Assembly: GCF_006345805.1 (NCBI RefSeq)
Contig: NC_042997.1
Span: 210,552,001-210,616,000 of the forward strand
Length of the DNA stretch: 64,000 bases
Source of the DNA: Octopus sinensis
Lineage: Eukaryota
Reading direction: 5' to 3'
Part shown: positions 26,059 through 38,828 of the stretch, one piece after another
Layout of the letters: each line of letters starts with the position of its first letter
Numbering within the stretch: the stretch's first letter is position 1
The notes under the pieces: generated by a model
The model's input: the letters and a program-made list of their open reading frames with translations, nothing else
Database searches by the model: none
What the model was told of the DNA's origin: nothing
Position numbers and translations under genes: made by a program

Positions 26059-26413
26059 TTATTATATATATTTATGCACAACAAGCTAAGTAAAATTATG
26101 GTTGTCCTTGCACACAGGCATGTCCCCTGCATCCCCTATTCAGCTGAGCACTCCTAATCTTGCGGATTTGTGGGTGCTGGTGCCACATAGACGAACCCAA
26201 GCTGGTGCTGAGTAAGGTCACCCAGGACACTTTGAAAAGTGATTGGCATTTTGAAGGGCATTCAGCTGTAGAAAACAGGCCAAAACAGAACAAACGGAGC
26301 CTGGTGCAGCCCCCTGGCTTTGCCAGGTTCTGTCAAACCGTCCAACCCATGCCAGCATGGAAAACGGACATTAAACGATCATGTATGTATGTATATATAT
26401 ATATATATACATA

Positions 26414-26799
26414 GGCGCAGGAGTGGCTGTGTGGTAAGTAGCTTGCTTACGAACCACATGGTTTCGGGTTCAGTCCCACTGCGTGGCACCTTGGGCAAGT
26501 GTCTTCTGCTATAGCCCCAGGCCGACCAAAGCCTTGTGAGTGGATTTGGTAGACGGAAACTGAAAGAAGCCCGTCATATATATGTATATATATATGTGTG
26601 TATGTGCGTGTTTGTACCCCCAACATCGCTTGACAACCGGTGCTGGTGTGTTTACATCCCTGTAACTTGGCGGTTCGGCAAAAAGAGACCGATAATATAA
26701 GTACTAGGCTTACAAAGAATAAGTCCTGGGGTTGATTTGTTCAACTAAAGGTGGTGCTCCAGCATGGCCACAGTCACATGACTGGAAAGAGTAAAGAGT
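26414..26799 (+). mobile_element. Full-length CORE-type SINE
   Basis: Family match. Confidence 0.85.
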
Positions 26800-26827
26800 A
26801 TATGTATAGATATAAATACATATATTA

Positions 26828-27042
26828 TACTCTTTTACTTGTTTCAATCATTTGACTGAGACCATGCTGGAGCACCACCTTTTCGCCAAATAAACTGACC
26901 CCAGGACTTACTCTTTGTAAGCCTTGTACTTATTCTATTGGTCTCTTTTGCCGAACCGCTAAGTTATGAAGACGTAAAGACACCAACATTGGTTGTCATG
27001 CGATGGTGGGGGAACAGACACACAAATACATACATATATATC

Positions 27043-27074
<32 letters not shown>

Positions 27075-27230
27075 ACTGGCTTTTTTTTCAGTTTCCATCA
27101 ACCAAATCCACTCACAAGGCTTTGGTTGGCCCGAGGCTGTAGCAGAAGACACTTAACTAAGGTACTACACAGTGGGACTGAACCTGGAACCATATGGTTG
27201 AGAAGCAAGCTTCTTACCACACAGCCACTC
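26828..27230 (-). mobile_element. Full-length CORE-type SINE, tail-to-tail with the previous copy
   Basis: Family match. Confidence 0.85.
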
Positions 27231-27346
27231 AGTACATACATTATATATTTTCATAAATATATATGTATTATATATATATATCATCATCATTGCTTAACAT
27301 CCGCCTTCCATATTAGCATGGATGGGACAAATACATACATTATATA

Positions 27347-28135
27347 AAGGGTGTGTAAGATATCTGAGGACAGATTTATGTTTATAAAAAATCAGATATA
27401 TAATAACAGATAATAACTTTATTTATCAAAAAATGCTATGAGGATAAAAATAAACCTTCTTTTCTATAACGTTATTCAATAAAGCCACCTTCAGCTTCAA
27501 CAACTGCTTCCATATGAGATCTAAATCATCTACATACTCGAATCAAGTGGTCCTGGTTCATTTTGGACATTAATCTGACTATGGTGGCTTTCATAGAATC
27601 TTTGGTGCTAATATTCACTGACCTCTCTCTCAACAACGCTCCGCATGTAATAGTCCAATGGATTGAGATCTGGGGAATTAGGAGGCCAAATGTTAGGGGT
27701 TGGGTGATCATGAAAATTTTCAGCCATCCATTCCTGTGTTACTACAGCCATGTGTGAGAGTGCAGAGTCTTACTGAAACACATATGGCCTTCCATTGCAT
27801 ACACTGTCTATCCAGGGCTTAGCAATTATTTCCAGGACCTCAATGTAGGTGGCAGAGTTAACTCTAAGGTTTTGTGGAAAGAAGTAAGGAGGCATCACAT
27901 GTCCTCCATTGCTGAAAACCCCTAAAACCATGACAGTTGCAGGAAATTTTGTAAGCATAACACTTGGAACTTCAGAAGGGTCTTCACATAACCATCTGTC
28001 ATTTCTTCTGTTAACTTTTAAGATCTTGATCGAAGTGTTTCTCGTTTGAGAAGAACCAAATCAAATCTTCTTCTCTGGATTTTTCAGTCTGTTTAAGAGC
28101 CTTTTAGATCTGATATAGTGATTTTCTTTCGCTAC
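27347..28135 (-). mobile_element. maT-type (DD37D) Tc1/mariner transposase remnant
   Basis: WFFSNEKHFDQD...TKFPATVMVLGV...YVFQ*DSALSH...WPPNSPDLNPLDY with 37 residues between the last two aspartates; stop at 27472-27474; TA|AAGGGTG-like TIR at 27347. Confidence 0.85.
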
Positions 28136-28196
28136 TTCTGATAAATTGACTTTTCCTCATTATATTCTATTATGAATTAACAAATAAAAAAAATAT

Positions 28197-28238
<42 letters not shown>

Positions 28239-28243
28239 ATATA

Positions 28244-28780
28244 TCATCATCAGCATCGTTTAACGTCCGTTTTCCATGCTGGCATGGGTTGGACGGTTCG
28301 AACGGGATCTTGGAAGCCAAATGGCTGCACCAGGCCCAGTCTGATCTGGCAGTGTTTCTACAGCTGGATGCCCTTCCTAACGCCAACCACTCCGTGAGTG
28401 TAGTGGGTGCTTTTTACGTACCACCGGCACAGGTGCAGGGCGAGGTTGGCAACGGCCACGATCAGATTGGTGCTTTTTACGAGCGACCAGCACGGAAGCC
28501 AGTCGAGGCGGCACTGGCATCGGCCACGTTTGGATGGTGCTTTTTACATGCTACCGGCACAGGGATCACAACTACAATTTCCATTGATTTTTGATGATGC
28601 ACTTGACTCAATAGGTTTCCTCAAGCACAGGGTCGAAACGGTGTTTCTTTACTTGCCACATGCACAGGAGTCAGTCCAGCGGCACTGGCAACTACTGGGT
28701 GCCAGTCATAGGATTGGTTCAATTTCGATTCCGATTTCACTTGCCCCAACAAGTCTTCACAAGCAGTGTTTAGTGTGGTC
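28244..28780 (-). mobile_element. RTE 3' UTR fragment
   Basis: (CAT)n, terminal module and array units. Confidence 0.8.
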
Positions 28781-29235
28781 TTCACAAGCATGGGCTTCTT
28801 TCAGTTTTCATCTACCAACTCCACTCACAAGGAAGGGTTTGGTCAGCCCGGGACCACAGTAGAAGAAAGTTGCCCAAGGTACCAGGCAGTGGGACTGAAC
28901 CCAGAACCATGTGGTTGGGAAGCAAGCTTTTTTTTTACCACACAGCCACATATATGTACATATGTAACTATTTGGACTTTGGGTATATGTCTATTAGTAT
29001 GTCGATTAAAGCCCATTCACCGTTTGGGCTACCTGATGTCACCAACAGTTACGATATAAGTGTCACTGGATCTGCACCTGAAGTGACAGAGCCAGCACTG
29101 ATTGATGTAACACAACAAGATGCAGAGTAGAGCCTACCTCTATGGGACAACTTCCGGATGGGTCGAAACGATCGTCAGGCTGAAGATTCATACTAAATCC
29201 ATCTTCTGTTTCCTTCATCGATCATATATATGTAT

Positions 29236-29690
29236 CATCATCATCATCATCGTTTAGCGTCCGCTTTCCATGCTAGCATGGGTTGGACGGTTCAACTGGG
29301 GTCTGTGAAGCCAGAAGGCTGCATCAGGCCCAGTCTGATCTGGCAGTGTTTCTACAGCTGGATGCCCTTCCTAATGCCAACCACTCCATGAGTGTAGTGT
29401 GTGCTTTTTACGTGCCACCCGCACAGGTGCCAGACGGAGCTGGCAAACGACCACGGACGGATGGTGCTTTTTATGTGCCAGGCAAGGCTGGCAACGGCCA
29501 TGAACAGATGGTGCTTTTTACGTGCCACCGGCACAAGGCCAGACTGGGCGGCGCTGGCAACAGCCACATTCAGATGGTTCTCTTACGTGCCACCGGCACT
29601 GGTAACTCAGCTGCAATTTCCATTGATCAATTTCGATTCTGATCCTCACTTGCCTCAACAGGTCTTCATAAGTAGAGTTTTGTGTCCCAA
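29236..29690 (-). mobile_element. RTE 3' UTR fragment
   Basis: Same organisation as 28244. Confidence 0.8.
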
Positions 29691-29699
29691 GAAATATAT

Positions 29700-29863
29700 A
29701 TATATATTGTATGTATGTATAAAGACATGCATATATACATATGTGTAGAGACATATATACATGTACATATACATACATACACCTACAACTTCATATAAAC
29801 ACACATATACATACAAATATATATATATATATACATAATTCATACACCTATATACACATATAT

Positions 29864-29900
<37 letters not shown>

Positions 29901-30415
29901 CATACACATGCACATAGACACACACATATATATATATATATACACATAGACATACACATAGCCATACACACAACACATACACTTATATACATATACACAC
30001 ATACACCTACATCCATACACACACGCACATAAATATACATACATTTTTACTATCTCACCCTCACATAAAATTTACCCATACATACACACATACTTACAGA
30101 CACACACACATACATACATATACACACATGCATACATACATCTACACACACACACATATACACACACACAGACATACATACACACACAGATACATATACA
30201 CACACATACATATACTCACACAAACATACATATACACACATACATATACACACACACATACATATACACACATACATACACACACATACATACACACACA
30301 CATACATACACACACACATACACGCACACATACATACACTCACACAAACATACATATACACACACATACATACACACATACACACACACGCACAGATACA
30401 CACACACACACACAG
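29700..30415. repeat. Compound (CA)/(TA)/(CATA) microsatellite
   Basis: Directly visible. Confidence 0.9.
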
Positions 30416-30862
30416 CCGATTCAGACTTCCGATTTAGACTCTTTGGTTAAGAAACCGGTTGCCCTCGATTTAATTCATTTCTAAAAACGGCTGCCTCTCA
30501 GTCACGATCAAACAAGACTATCGATCAAAGACATTCCAGCCATAATCATCCAGCTCTTTATGGGTGTGTGTGTGTATGGGAGGGGAAGGGGGAGGGATTA
30601 ACCACGGTGTATGGCCGAAGCGTGCGACTGAGATTTGGCTGGTATTTCTGGCAGGCTGCCTCCACTTTTACGCGGCATACAGAAATTATTGACTCATCAG
30701 GCACAACGAAGATGGGCGGGAAATGGGGGGGAGGGGCAGGAGGAAGTCTTTTCCAAACCTGCCCCGTATGAACAATAAATGGCGAGGGGTCGGGGGGAGA
30801 CTGACTGTGCCCAGGTCCGCCAGTACACATTTATGTACGTACATACATACATATATATACAA

Positions 30863-31032
30863 TAATTAAGGGTTTAGCAACAAGTTGCTTAACCACATAC
30901 CGAAAGATTTAGAAATAGCAGCCAAAAGATCCCCGTTATTTCTTTGTAGTGAAAAGAAATAACGGTCTTTTGACTGCTATTTCTAAATCTTTCGGTATGT
31001 GGTTAAGCAACTTGTTGCTAAACCCTTAATTA
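30863..31032. repeat. Near-perfect 170-bp palindrome
   Basis: About 67-bp outer arms with one mismatch, plus an 11-bp inner stem CGTTATTTCTT / AAGAAATAACG and a 9-nt loop. Confidence 0.95.
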
Positions 31033-31166
31033 CTGTTATAATTATATATGAAACTTCTTGTATAAGTTTTAACCGAATATGGTTCCTTTCAATACCGAAA
31101 CTACTTGGTGAAATTTATTATTTATAAATTAATGATCTTTTACCCTATATCTATAATGATTATATA

Positions 31167-31612
31167 TAGATATATAGACAGATAGACAGACAGATAGACA
31201 GACAGACAGATAGATAGATAGACAGATAGATAGACAGACAGACAGTGAGACAGACAGACAGATAGATAGACAGACATATAGACAGATAGACAGATAGACA
31301 GACAGACAGATAGACAGATAGATAGACAGACAGATAGACAGACAGACAGACAGATAGATAGACAGACAAATAGACAGACAGATAGACAGATAGACAGACA
31401 GATAGATAGACAGATAGATAGACAGATAGATAGACAGATAGATAGACAGACAGATAGACAGACAGATAGACAGACAGATAGACAGATAGATAGACAGATA
31501 GATAGACAGACAGACAGATAGACAGACATATAGACAGATAGACAGACAGACAGATAGATAGATAGACAGAAAGACAGACTGATAGACAGACAGACTGATA
31601 GACAGATAGATA
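31167..31612 (+). repeat. (GATA)/(GACA) compound tetranucleotide array
   Basis: Directly visible. Confidence 0.95.
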
Positions 31613-31943
31613 CGCATTCACATATATACGCACATGCAAGCGCTCGTAAACACTTGATATCATCAACTTAGAAAACAGAATTGTTTCCGTTATTCCCCCA
31701 TCAAGACAACCAGACAAACATTGTGCATTTAGAAACGAGGACACCAGGCATATGAAGTGGGGAAAACGGAGACGAATGTGGCCAGGGTTAGCGCGCTTTT
31801 GATCAGAGATCAACGGAGGGGGAAATGGGCTGGGGTTATATAACATTTTCTATTTAACGTGACGCGGATATTGTTTCATACAAGAGTCGTGTGTGTGTAG
31901 AGAGAGAGAGAGGTAGATAAATAGATATTTATATTTGTGTGTG

Positions 31944-32140
31944 TTATTTTTGTGTCTGGGGAGAGCCATTCTCTTTTAGTGCTTATTAACACACGCGCCT
32001 GTCTGGTTTCCACTCATTAACTTAATAAATAAATTAATGAGTGGCATTAACTTATCAAGTAAGTTAATGAGGGGAAATCAAACAGGCGCGTGTGTTAATA
32101 AAGCACTAAAAGAGAATGACTCTCCCCAGACACAATAAAA
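31944..32140. repeat. Palindrome of a dispersed repeat end
   Basis: About 78-bp inverted arms (31944-32024 and 32060-32140); the right arm continues into sequence also seen at 24050-24190. Confidence 0.9.
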
Positions 32141-32377
32141 TATGCTTCAACACACGAATTCACACAAAGAATCTGGCAAACAAAACACAAAATCGAAATA
32201 TATTTGTGTGTGTATATACATCGATGTATAAATGTGTGTAGAGAGAGACTATGAGTTATGTGTAGATATAAATTCCAAGAGAGTCAACGACAGAATTAAC
32301 CATAATTATATCCTTATTATTTCTCCGACCCCTGAAGAAATGAAAAGTACAGTCGACTGTAACGGGATCTGAACTTA

Positions 32378-32950
32378 CTGTCTGTCTGTCTATCTATCTG
32401 TCTATCTATCTATCTATTTGTCTGTCTATCTACCTATCTATCTATTTGTCTGTCTATCTGTCTGTCTGTCTATCTATTTGTCTGTCTATCTATCTATCTA
32501 TCTATTTGTCTGTCTATCTATCTATCTATTTGTCTGTCTATCTATCTATCTATTTGTCTGTCTATCTATCTATCTATCTACCTGTCTATCTATCTATCTA
32601 TTTGTCTATCTATCTATCTGTCTATCTATTTGTCTGTCTATCTATCTATCTATCTATTTGTCTGTCTATCTATCTATCTATTTGTCTGTCTATCTATCTA
32701 TCTATCTACCTGTCTATCTATCTATCTATTTGTCTGTCTATCTATCTATTTGTCTGTCTATCTATCTATCTATTTGTCTGTCTATCTATCTATCTATTTG
32801 TCTGTCTATCTATCTATTTGTCTATCTACCTGTCTATCTATTTGTCTGTCTATCTGTCTGTCTATCTATTTGTCTGTCTATCTATTTGTCTGTCTGTCTG
32901 TCTATGTCTATCTATCTATTTGTCTGTCTATCTATCTATCTATTTGTCTG

Positions 32951-32981
<31 letters not shown>

Positions 32982-33006
32982 GTCTATCTGTCTATCTGTC
33001 TGTCTG
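32378..33006 (-). repeat. (TATC)/(TGTC) array, inverse of 31167-31612
   Basis: Directly visible. Confidence 0.95.
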
Positions 33007-33639
33007 TATGACTCGCGTGCGCGTGTATATAAATGTGTGTGTATATATCGATAGAGTAAAAGTCCATAAATCGCAACTTACCGCTGTTTGCCATTTTTTA
33101 AATCCAATTGGCGAAAGTTTGATGCACGACTGACCAACATTTTCGAACCGGCTGCTGTATATATATAGATAGATGCACCTTTGTGTATGTATGTGTGTTT
33201 GTGTATGGCTGTGTATATAGATATGTTTATTCCCGTGTGTGCATGGAATTGTGCGGGAAAGTGTTATGGTTATTGTATAGAGGGAGAAAGGGAGAGGAAG
33301 AGGGAGAAAGGGAAAGAGTGGGGAAAGGTGGAGAGAAACAGGGAGGGGATGGGGAGAGAGAGATGAAGAGGAAGAAGGAGTTAGAGAGGGAGAAAGAGGA
33401 GGAAAGGAGGAGGGGAGGGTAAGAGAAGGCGAGATGGAGAGAGAAAGAAGGACAGATAGAGGAGAAGAAAGAGTGAGAATGGGTAGAGAGAAAAAGGGGA
33501 GGAGACAGTAGGGGAAGAGATAGGGAGGAAGAGAAGGAGGGAAAGAAGAGAGAGAGGGGGAAAGTAATAAATGGAGAGAAAGAGAGTGTGGGAGGGGGGA
33601 CGGGCGGAGATTACCGAATTTTGCCGACTTGTTTCACTT

Positions 33640-33885
33640 TAATTACTAAGAAACACTTGTTGACAGAATGCTGCAGATGGATAGGCTGTTCAAGAAGTCT
33701 CTCCGCAGTGTTTTATTGCAAAATAAATATTTATAGGATGGTTTAAGACTACAAAAGAATGTATTAGACTTTACGAGACTTTGAAACACTTTATAAGAGG
33801 TTTTGAAAGTGTCGTCCTTCGTTTTCAATACATAGGTTGACTCATCTGAAAAAATTTACTGCTGAGAGATTTTTTGAACACCCTG
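33640..33885 (-). mobile_element. Tc1/mariner-like terminus
   Basis: Minus strand TA|CAGGGTGTTCAAAAAA TIR-like end at 33885. Confidence 0.4.
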
Positions 33886-34038
33886 TATATAGAGAGAGGG
33901 ACGGGACAAGTGTTAACGACTAAAATCGGCTTCGTTAGCACCAGTTAGGGTGGCTAGAAAGTTTGGTGTGTTGCAGAATCCAGTCTGGTGCTAATAGAAT
34001 ACCATGAACACAAGTTTTATCAGAAACATCTCCCTCTA

Positions 34039-34430
34039 TCTATATATATAAAGCTGAAGTTGTCTGTGTGGAAGGTTTGGTAAGCTTTCAACTAACACTA
34101 TCTCCTCCGAGACCCTGCAGCGCAAGTTGACCAAAATTGAGAGTATGATAGAAGAAGGCTTGCTCTTCCTTTTGTAGAAGAAAAAATTCAAATCGGACCA
34201 TGTTAACACCAAAAATTATTTACATCAAAAAGGTGCTTTTCTTTTCTATGAAAATCCCTATTTTTTACGATTTTTTGACAGCTGTGTCGCCATTTTTCGG
34301 TGTATTTCAACCAGAAGAATGTTCACTTAAAGAGAATAACAAGCTACATAATGCAAGTTTTTTTACTTTTCAAAAATTCCAATTCTAAAGGGTCGAAACA
34401 AACCCGAGCAGCGCCGAGCAATACTGCTAG
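34039..34430 (+). mobile_element. Non-autonomous Helitron
   Basis: A|TC 5' end, subterminal hairpin CCCGAGCAGCGCCGAG, CTAG|T 3' end; second copy at 39369. Confidence 0.85.
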
Positions 34431-34885
34431 TAATTGAAAAAGTTACTGTCTTCGAATTCTTACTGTTGCATTACCGAATTTAGTTTTTGCTGCCAAACAC
34501 ACACGCACATATTTTCTGACGCCTGAATACTGCGGCCGACCTACGAAACAACAACACACACGCACCTTGTCTATGCGTTTCTGATTTTCTTTTTATGTAC
34601 CTCGAGGTGTTTCGCATTCATATTTCAATAATTTGAATATAATGCTACATTTCGGGACGGTCATTTTTTTCTTGTCAAATAGACACACGCACTATGTATT
34701 CGTTCTTCCCTCGTTTATTATTGTTTTTATTTTATCTTATGTCCACTGTCTGGAAATCTTTCGTCACGCATCTGTGACCTCTTCAGCGACTCTTCCATCC
34801 ACATCTATACTCTTGTTCTGTTTACGGAATGGATTATGTCTATGATATTGGGTGAAGCGTTTCTATATATATATATATATATATA

Positions 34886-35272
34886 GGCGTAGGAGTAGCT
34901 GTGTGGTAAGTAGCTTGCTTACGAACAACATAGTTCCGGGTTCTGTCCCACTGCGTGGCACCTTGGGCAAGTGTTTTCTACTATAGCCTCGGGCAAACCA
35001 AAGCGTTGTGAGTGGATTTGGTAGGCGGAAACTGAAAGAGGCCCGTCGTATATATATATATGTGTGTGTGTTTGTGTGTCTGTCTTTGTCCCCCCTTCAC
35101 CATCGCTTTACAACCGATGTTGGTGTGTTTACGTTTCCGTAACTTAGCAGTTCGGCATAAGATACCGATAGAATAAGTACTAGGCTTGCAAAGAATATGT
35201 CCTGGGGTCGATCTGTTCGACTAAAGGCGATGCTCCAGCATGGCCTCAGTCAAATGACGGAAACAAAGAACA
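34886..35272 (+). mobile_element. Full-length CORE-type SINE
   Basis: Family match. Confidence 0.85.
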
Positions 35273-35504
35273 ACTTATTTTAACTAACCTAAATTTTGTT
35301 TATGCCTATGCCGAAACACTGCTTGGCGCTAACATTTCATTATTTTCCTCGGTAGGGTGATACCAGTGCAAATCAGTCAACGATGTTGGCTGAATCTTGC
35401 ATAACGCTATTGCTTTATAAGTCTGTTCAGAGTTGCCTCCATTAGGTACATCTCATTGACAAGAGTCAAGAAACTCGAAACAACGATGTCACTACCCGAA
35501 AAAA

Positions 35505-36238
35505 ACCCCCACATATCTTGGGAAACCGTGGTCCGATTTACACAAAGTTTGTTTTATTCCGTTTGTATTCGTATTTCAATGGTACCTTACTTTCAGAGGA
35601 TGTGCTAGTTTGGCTATTTATAAAGGTACCCGAAAATTCGCGTATCTCAGGAGCCTGTGATCTGATTTACGCGAAACTTGTTTTATTCTGTATATATTTA
35701 CATTTCAATGGTGCCTCACTTTCAAAGTATTTCCCATTATGCACCGGTTTCACCGTATTAAATTACAGACAAACACGCAAGCAGGCAATCACAAAGGTAC
35801 CCGAAAAAACTGCGTATCTCAGGAACCCGTGGTCCAATTTACATGAAACTTGTCTTATTCCTTTTGTATTCCCATTTCAGGGGCATCTTACTTTCAGAGT
35901 ATTTTCCCCATCATGCTCCGGTTTGGCTGTATTAAATTACAGACAAGCACGCAAAGAAACGAAACTATCCATGTGTTCACAGTAAAGAGCAAAAGCTCCA
36001 GATTTCACTGCTTAAATTTGTGGAACGCCCCTACCCCACAAAAAAACGTGTATCTCGGGTATCCGTGTTCCGATTTACGTGAAACTTGTTTTATTCTGTT
36101 TGTATTCACATTTCAGAGTATTTTCCCCATTATACGCCGGTTTGGGTGTATTAAATTACAGACAAGCACGCAAGCAAGCATGCAGGCAAGTAAGCATGCA
36201 AGCAAGTAAGCAAGCACAGAGTTTTAGTAGTATATAGA
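35505..36238 (-). mobile_element. Helitron/HINE-like element with four internal tandem units
   Basis: GTATCTC.GG..CC.GTG.TCCGATTTAC..GAAACTTG units near 35510, 35641, 35813 and 36049; (GCAA)n; minus-strand A|TCTATATAC end at 36238. Confidence 0.55.
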
Positions 36239-36243
36239 TATAT

Positions 36244-36642
36244 AAAGGCGGCGAGCTGGCAGAAACGTTAGCACGCCGGGCGAAATGCTTAGCAGTATTT
36301 CGTCTGCCGCTACGTTCTGAGTTCAAATTCCGCCGAGGTCGACTTTGCTTTTCATCCTTTCGAGGTCGATTAAATAAGTACCAGTTACGCACTGGGGTCG
36401 ATGGAATCGACTTAATCCGTTCGTTTGTATTTGTTTGTCCCCTCTGTGTTTAGCCCCTTGTGGTTAGTAAAAAAATAGGCATTTCGTCTGTCTTTACGTT
36501 CTGAATTCAAATTCCACCGAGGTCGACTTTGCCTTTCATCCTTTCAGAGTCGATAAATTAAGTACCAGTTGCGTACTGGGGTCGATCTAATCGACTGGCA
36601 CACTCCTCTCAAATTTCGGACCTTGTGCCTAGAGTAGAAAAG
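36244..36642 (+). mobile_element. Composite (dimeric) Meta-like SINE
   Basis: Same two-part structure as 19603; possible TATAAAG duplication. Confidence 0.8.
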
Positions 36643-36842
36643 TATAAAGAGTCCTATATGTGCATATATAACAAATGAGAGAAAGAGAAAATGGAATCCA
36701 TGAGACTTTGTTACACTCAACAATCATTTCAACCCATCTTTCCAAAAGATACCTCACTCAATAAACTCAGTTTTGCTTGGCCATTCCAAACCATGAAACC
36801 TGTATGCAATCAGCTACAGGCAAATAACGACATGCATTATAA

Positions 36843-38744
36843 TTGAACTTATATATACTGACGAAGAAGGTTAAACGAGAACGTCGACTCAGAGATATTG
36901 CTTGGGCTGAATTCAAAAATCTGGATTCGACTGCAGCTTTTGAGGTGTACAAAACTCAACGAGACCGAGCCGTGAAAATTGAAAAGAAAGAACGCTTCAG
37001 TTATGAATACAAAATCGCGGCAAATGCCAGTAGCAATCCAAAAACCTTCTTTGCCCAGGTCCAGCGGAATTCCCGCTTGAACAACCAGATTGCAACGTTG
37101 ATAGACTCAACAGGCGTATCGATTGAGGACCCTTATCAACAGAGTCAATTATTTGCCGAGGCTTTTTCAACTATTTTCAAACAAGATGATGGTCGTGAAA
37201 CCCCTCCATTTGATAGATCGGTACCTCCAATGCTTCGATTGGTCATCACGCGGGACGAAGTCAAACGTGTTATTCAAGGCCTCGATGTCAACAAGGGTCA
37301 CGGCCCTGACGGCATACACCCACGGGTTATCAAAGCGTTGGCTCCGGTCATCTGCGAGCCCTTAACACGACTATTCAATATGTCATTGGCGACGGGTGTT
37401 ATACCTGCAGACTGGAGAACAGCGATAATCTGTCCAATTTTCAAGAAAGGGAGCCGCGAAGACCCGCTTAACTACCGACCGGTTTCCCTTACATCAATAA
37501 TCAGCAAGATGTTCGAAACCATCCTTAAGAAAAGTATGATGCTCCACCTCCTAAACACAGCCTCGATCACTGATTCCCAACACGGCTTCATGCCGAAGAG
37601 ATCATGCTTGACCAACTTACTAGTAATGGAAGAATTGGTGACGCGCATCCTCGATGATAGTGATTCTGTTGACATCGTTTTATTGGACTTTGCCAAAGCT
37701 TTTGACTCGGTAAACCACCGCCTACTACTTGTCAAGCTTCAAGCATATAGTTTCCATCCGGATATTGTACGATGGGTTGGTGCCTTCCTCTCAGATCGCT
37801 CCTTCCAAGTTCAAGTTAATGGTTCGCGGTCCGACGTCTCCAGTGCGAGCAGTGGCGTGCCTCAAGGTTCAGTGCTTGGGCCCTTGTTGTTCTTAGTCTT
37901 CATAAATGACTTGCCCGACGACCTCACGCAACACACCCTTCTATTTGCCGACGATATCAAACTGGTCGCTCCTCGCGGTAGTATAGAGGATCTTCGTCGA
38001 TGCCTCCACCAAATTTGGAAGTGGTCTAACGATTGGGACCTGTGTCTGAACGTGTCAAAGTGCTGTCATCTGCCTGTCGGCTCTACTCCTGCAACTCAAC
38101 TTGATTTCGAGCCGGGTCGTCTGCTGCTGGAGAGGACCAACCAGGTAAAGGACCTGGGTATCTTGGTGGATTCCTCCTTTTCGCCTTCGGCCCAGTGCGT
38201 CCATGCTGCCAACAAAGCGCGCGGAATTCTGTTTTTGATTCGACGGTCATTCGGAATGCTCACAGCAGCCATATTCCTACCACTCTATGTCACGCTGGTG
38301 AGACCCATATTGGAGTATGGGATTCAAGCCTCTTCTCCTTATCTCCTCAAAGACATACAGCATCTCGAAAGAGTCCAGAGGCTGGCTACCCGCATGGTTC
38401 GTGGTCTCAAAAATTTGTCCTACGAAGAAAGGCTGAGGACGCTCGACCTTTATTCTCTTGAAAAACGCCGCCGCCGTGGTGATCTCATTCTCGCCCACAA
38501 CATCATAAGCGGGAAGTGTAACCTCTCGAAAGAGCTGTTCTTCACTCCTGCTCCGGAGCGTCGGCTGCGGGGTCATTCCGAAAAGCTCTACCTGCGACGA
38601 TTTCATCTCAATCGAAGGAGAGGAGCTTTTTCCGTCCGGGTTGCGGATCCGTGGAACAAGCTGCCAGACGAGATGGTGAAGATGCCGACGACCGCTTTGT
38701 TCAAAGCCTCCCTGGACCTCAAGTGGCCTGAACTCTTTACATGA
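36843..38744 (+). CDS. CR1-group LINE ORF2, 5'-truncated: intact reverse transcriptase domain and C-terminus
   Basis: 633-codon open frame: KGHGPDGI, NYRPVSLTS, QHGF, DFAKAFD, SGVPQGSVLGPLLF, LFADD (37944-37955), RPILEYG, WNKLP. No stops or frameshifts; endonuclease domain absent; the ORF start is not a real initiation site. Confidence 0.95.
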   Translation: MNLYILTKKVKRERRLRDIAWAEFKNLDSTAAFEVYKTQRDRAVKIEKKERFSYEYKIAANASSNPKTFFAQVQRNSRLNNQIATLIDSTGVSIEDPYQQSQLFAEAFSTIFKQDDGRETPPFDRSVPPMLRLVITRDEVKRVIQGLDVNKGHGPDGIHPRVIKALAPVICEPLTRLFNMSLATGVIPADWRTAIICPIFKKGSREDPLNYRPVSLTSIISKMFETILKKSMMLHLLNTASITDSQHGFMPKRSCLTNLLVMEELVTRILDDSDSVDIVLLDFAKAFDSVNHRLLLVKLQAYSFHPDIVRWVGAFLSDRSFQVQVNGSRSDVSSASSGVPQGSVLGPLLFLVFINDLPDDLTQHTLLFADDIKLVAPRGSIEDLRRCLHQIWKWSNDWDLCLNVSKCCHLPVGSTPATQLDFEPGRLLLERTNQVKDLGILVDSSFSPSAQCVHAANKARGILFLIRRSFGMLTAAIFLPLYVTLVRPILEYGIQASSPYLLKDIQHLERVQRLATRMVRGLKNLSYEERLRTLDLYSLEKRRRRGDLILAHNIISGKCNLSKELFFTPAPERRLRGHSEKLYLRRFHLNRRRGAFSVRVADPWNKLPDEMVKMPTTALFKASLDLKWPELFT

Positions 38745-38828
38745 ACACCACCCTGTACTTAACTCCATGTCCCCCTACATGGCCTTGCTATTTGCTTTTG
38801 AGCCAAATTAACTAACTAACTAACTAAC
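38745..38828 (+). other. LINE 3' UTR with hairpin and (TAAC)5 tail
   Basis: CCATGT-CCCCCT-ACATGG hairpin at 38765-38782; TAAC x5 at 38809-38828. Confidence 0.8.

Noticed and set aside
29655-30484. CVCV / HTHT-rich ORFs (also 23450-24183)
   Set aside because: They are CA microsatellite translations, not metal-binding proteins.
31129-33133. Long ORFs of 129-228 aa (LSIYLSVC...)
   Set aside because: They are translations of GATA/GACA arrays.
37123-38768. Alternative-frame and antisense ORFs over the CR1 and RTE coding regions
   Set aside because: They are shadows of the real RT frames.
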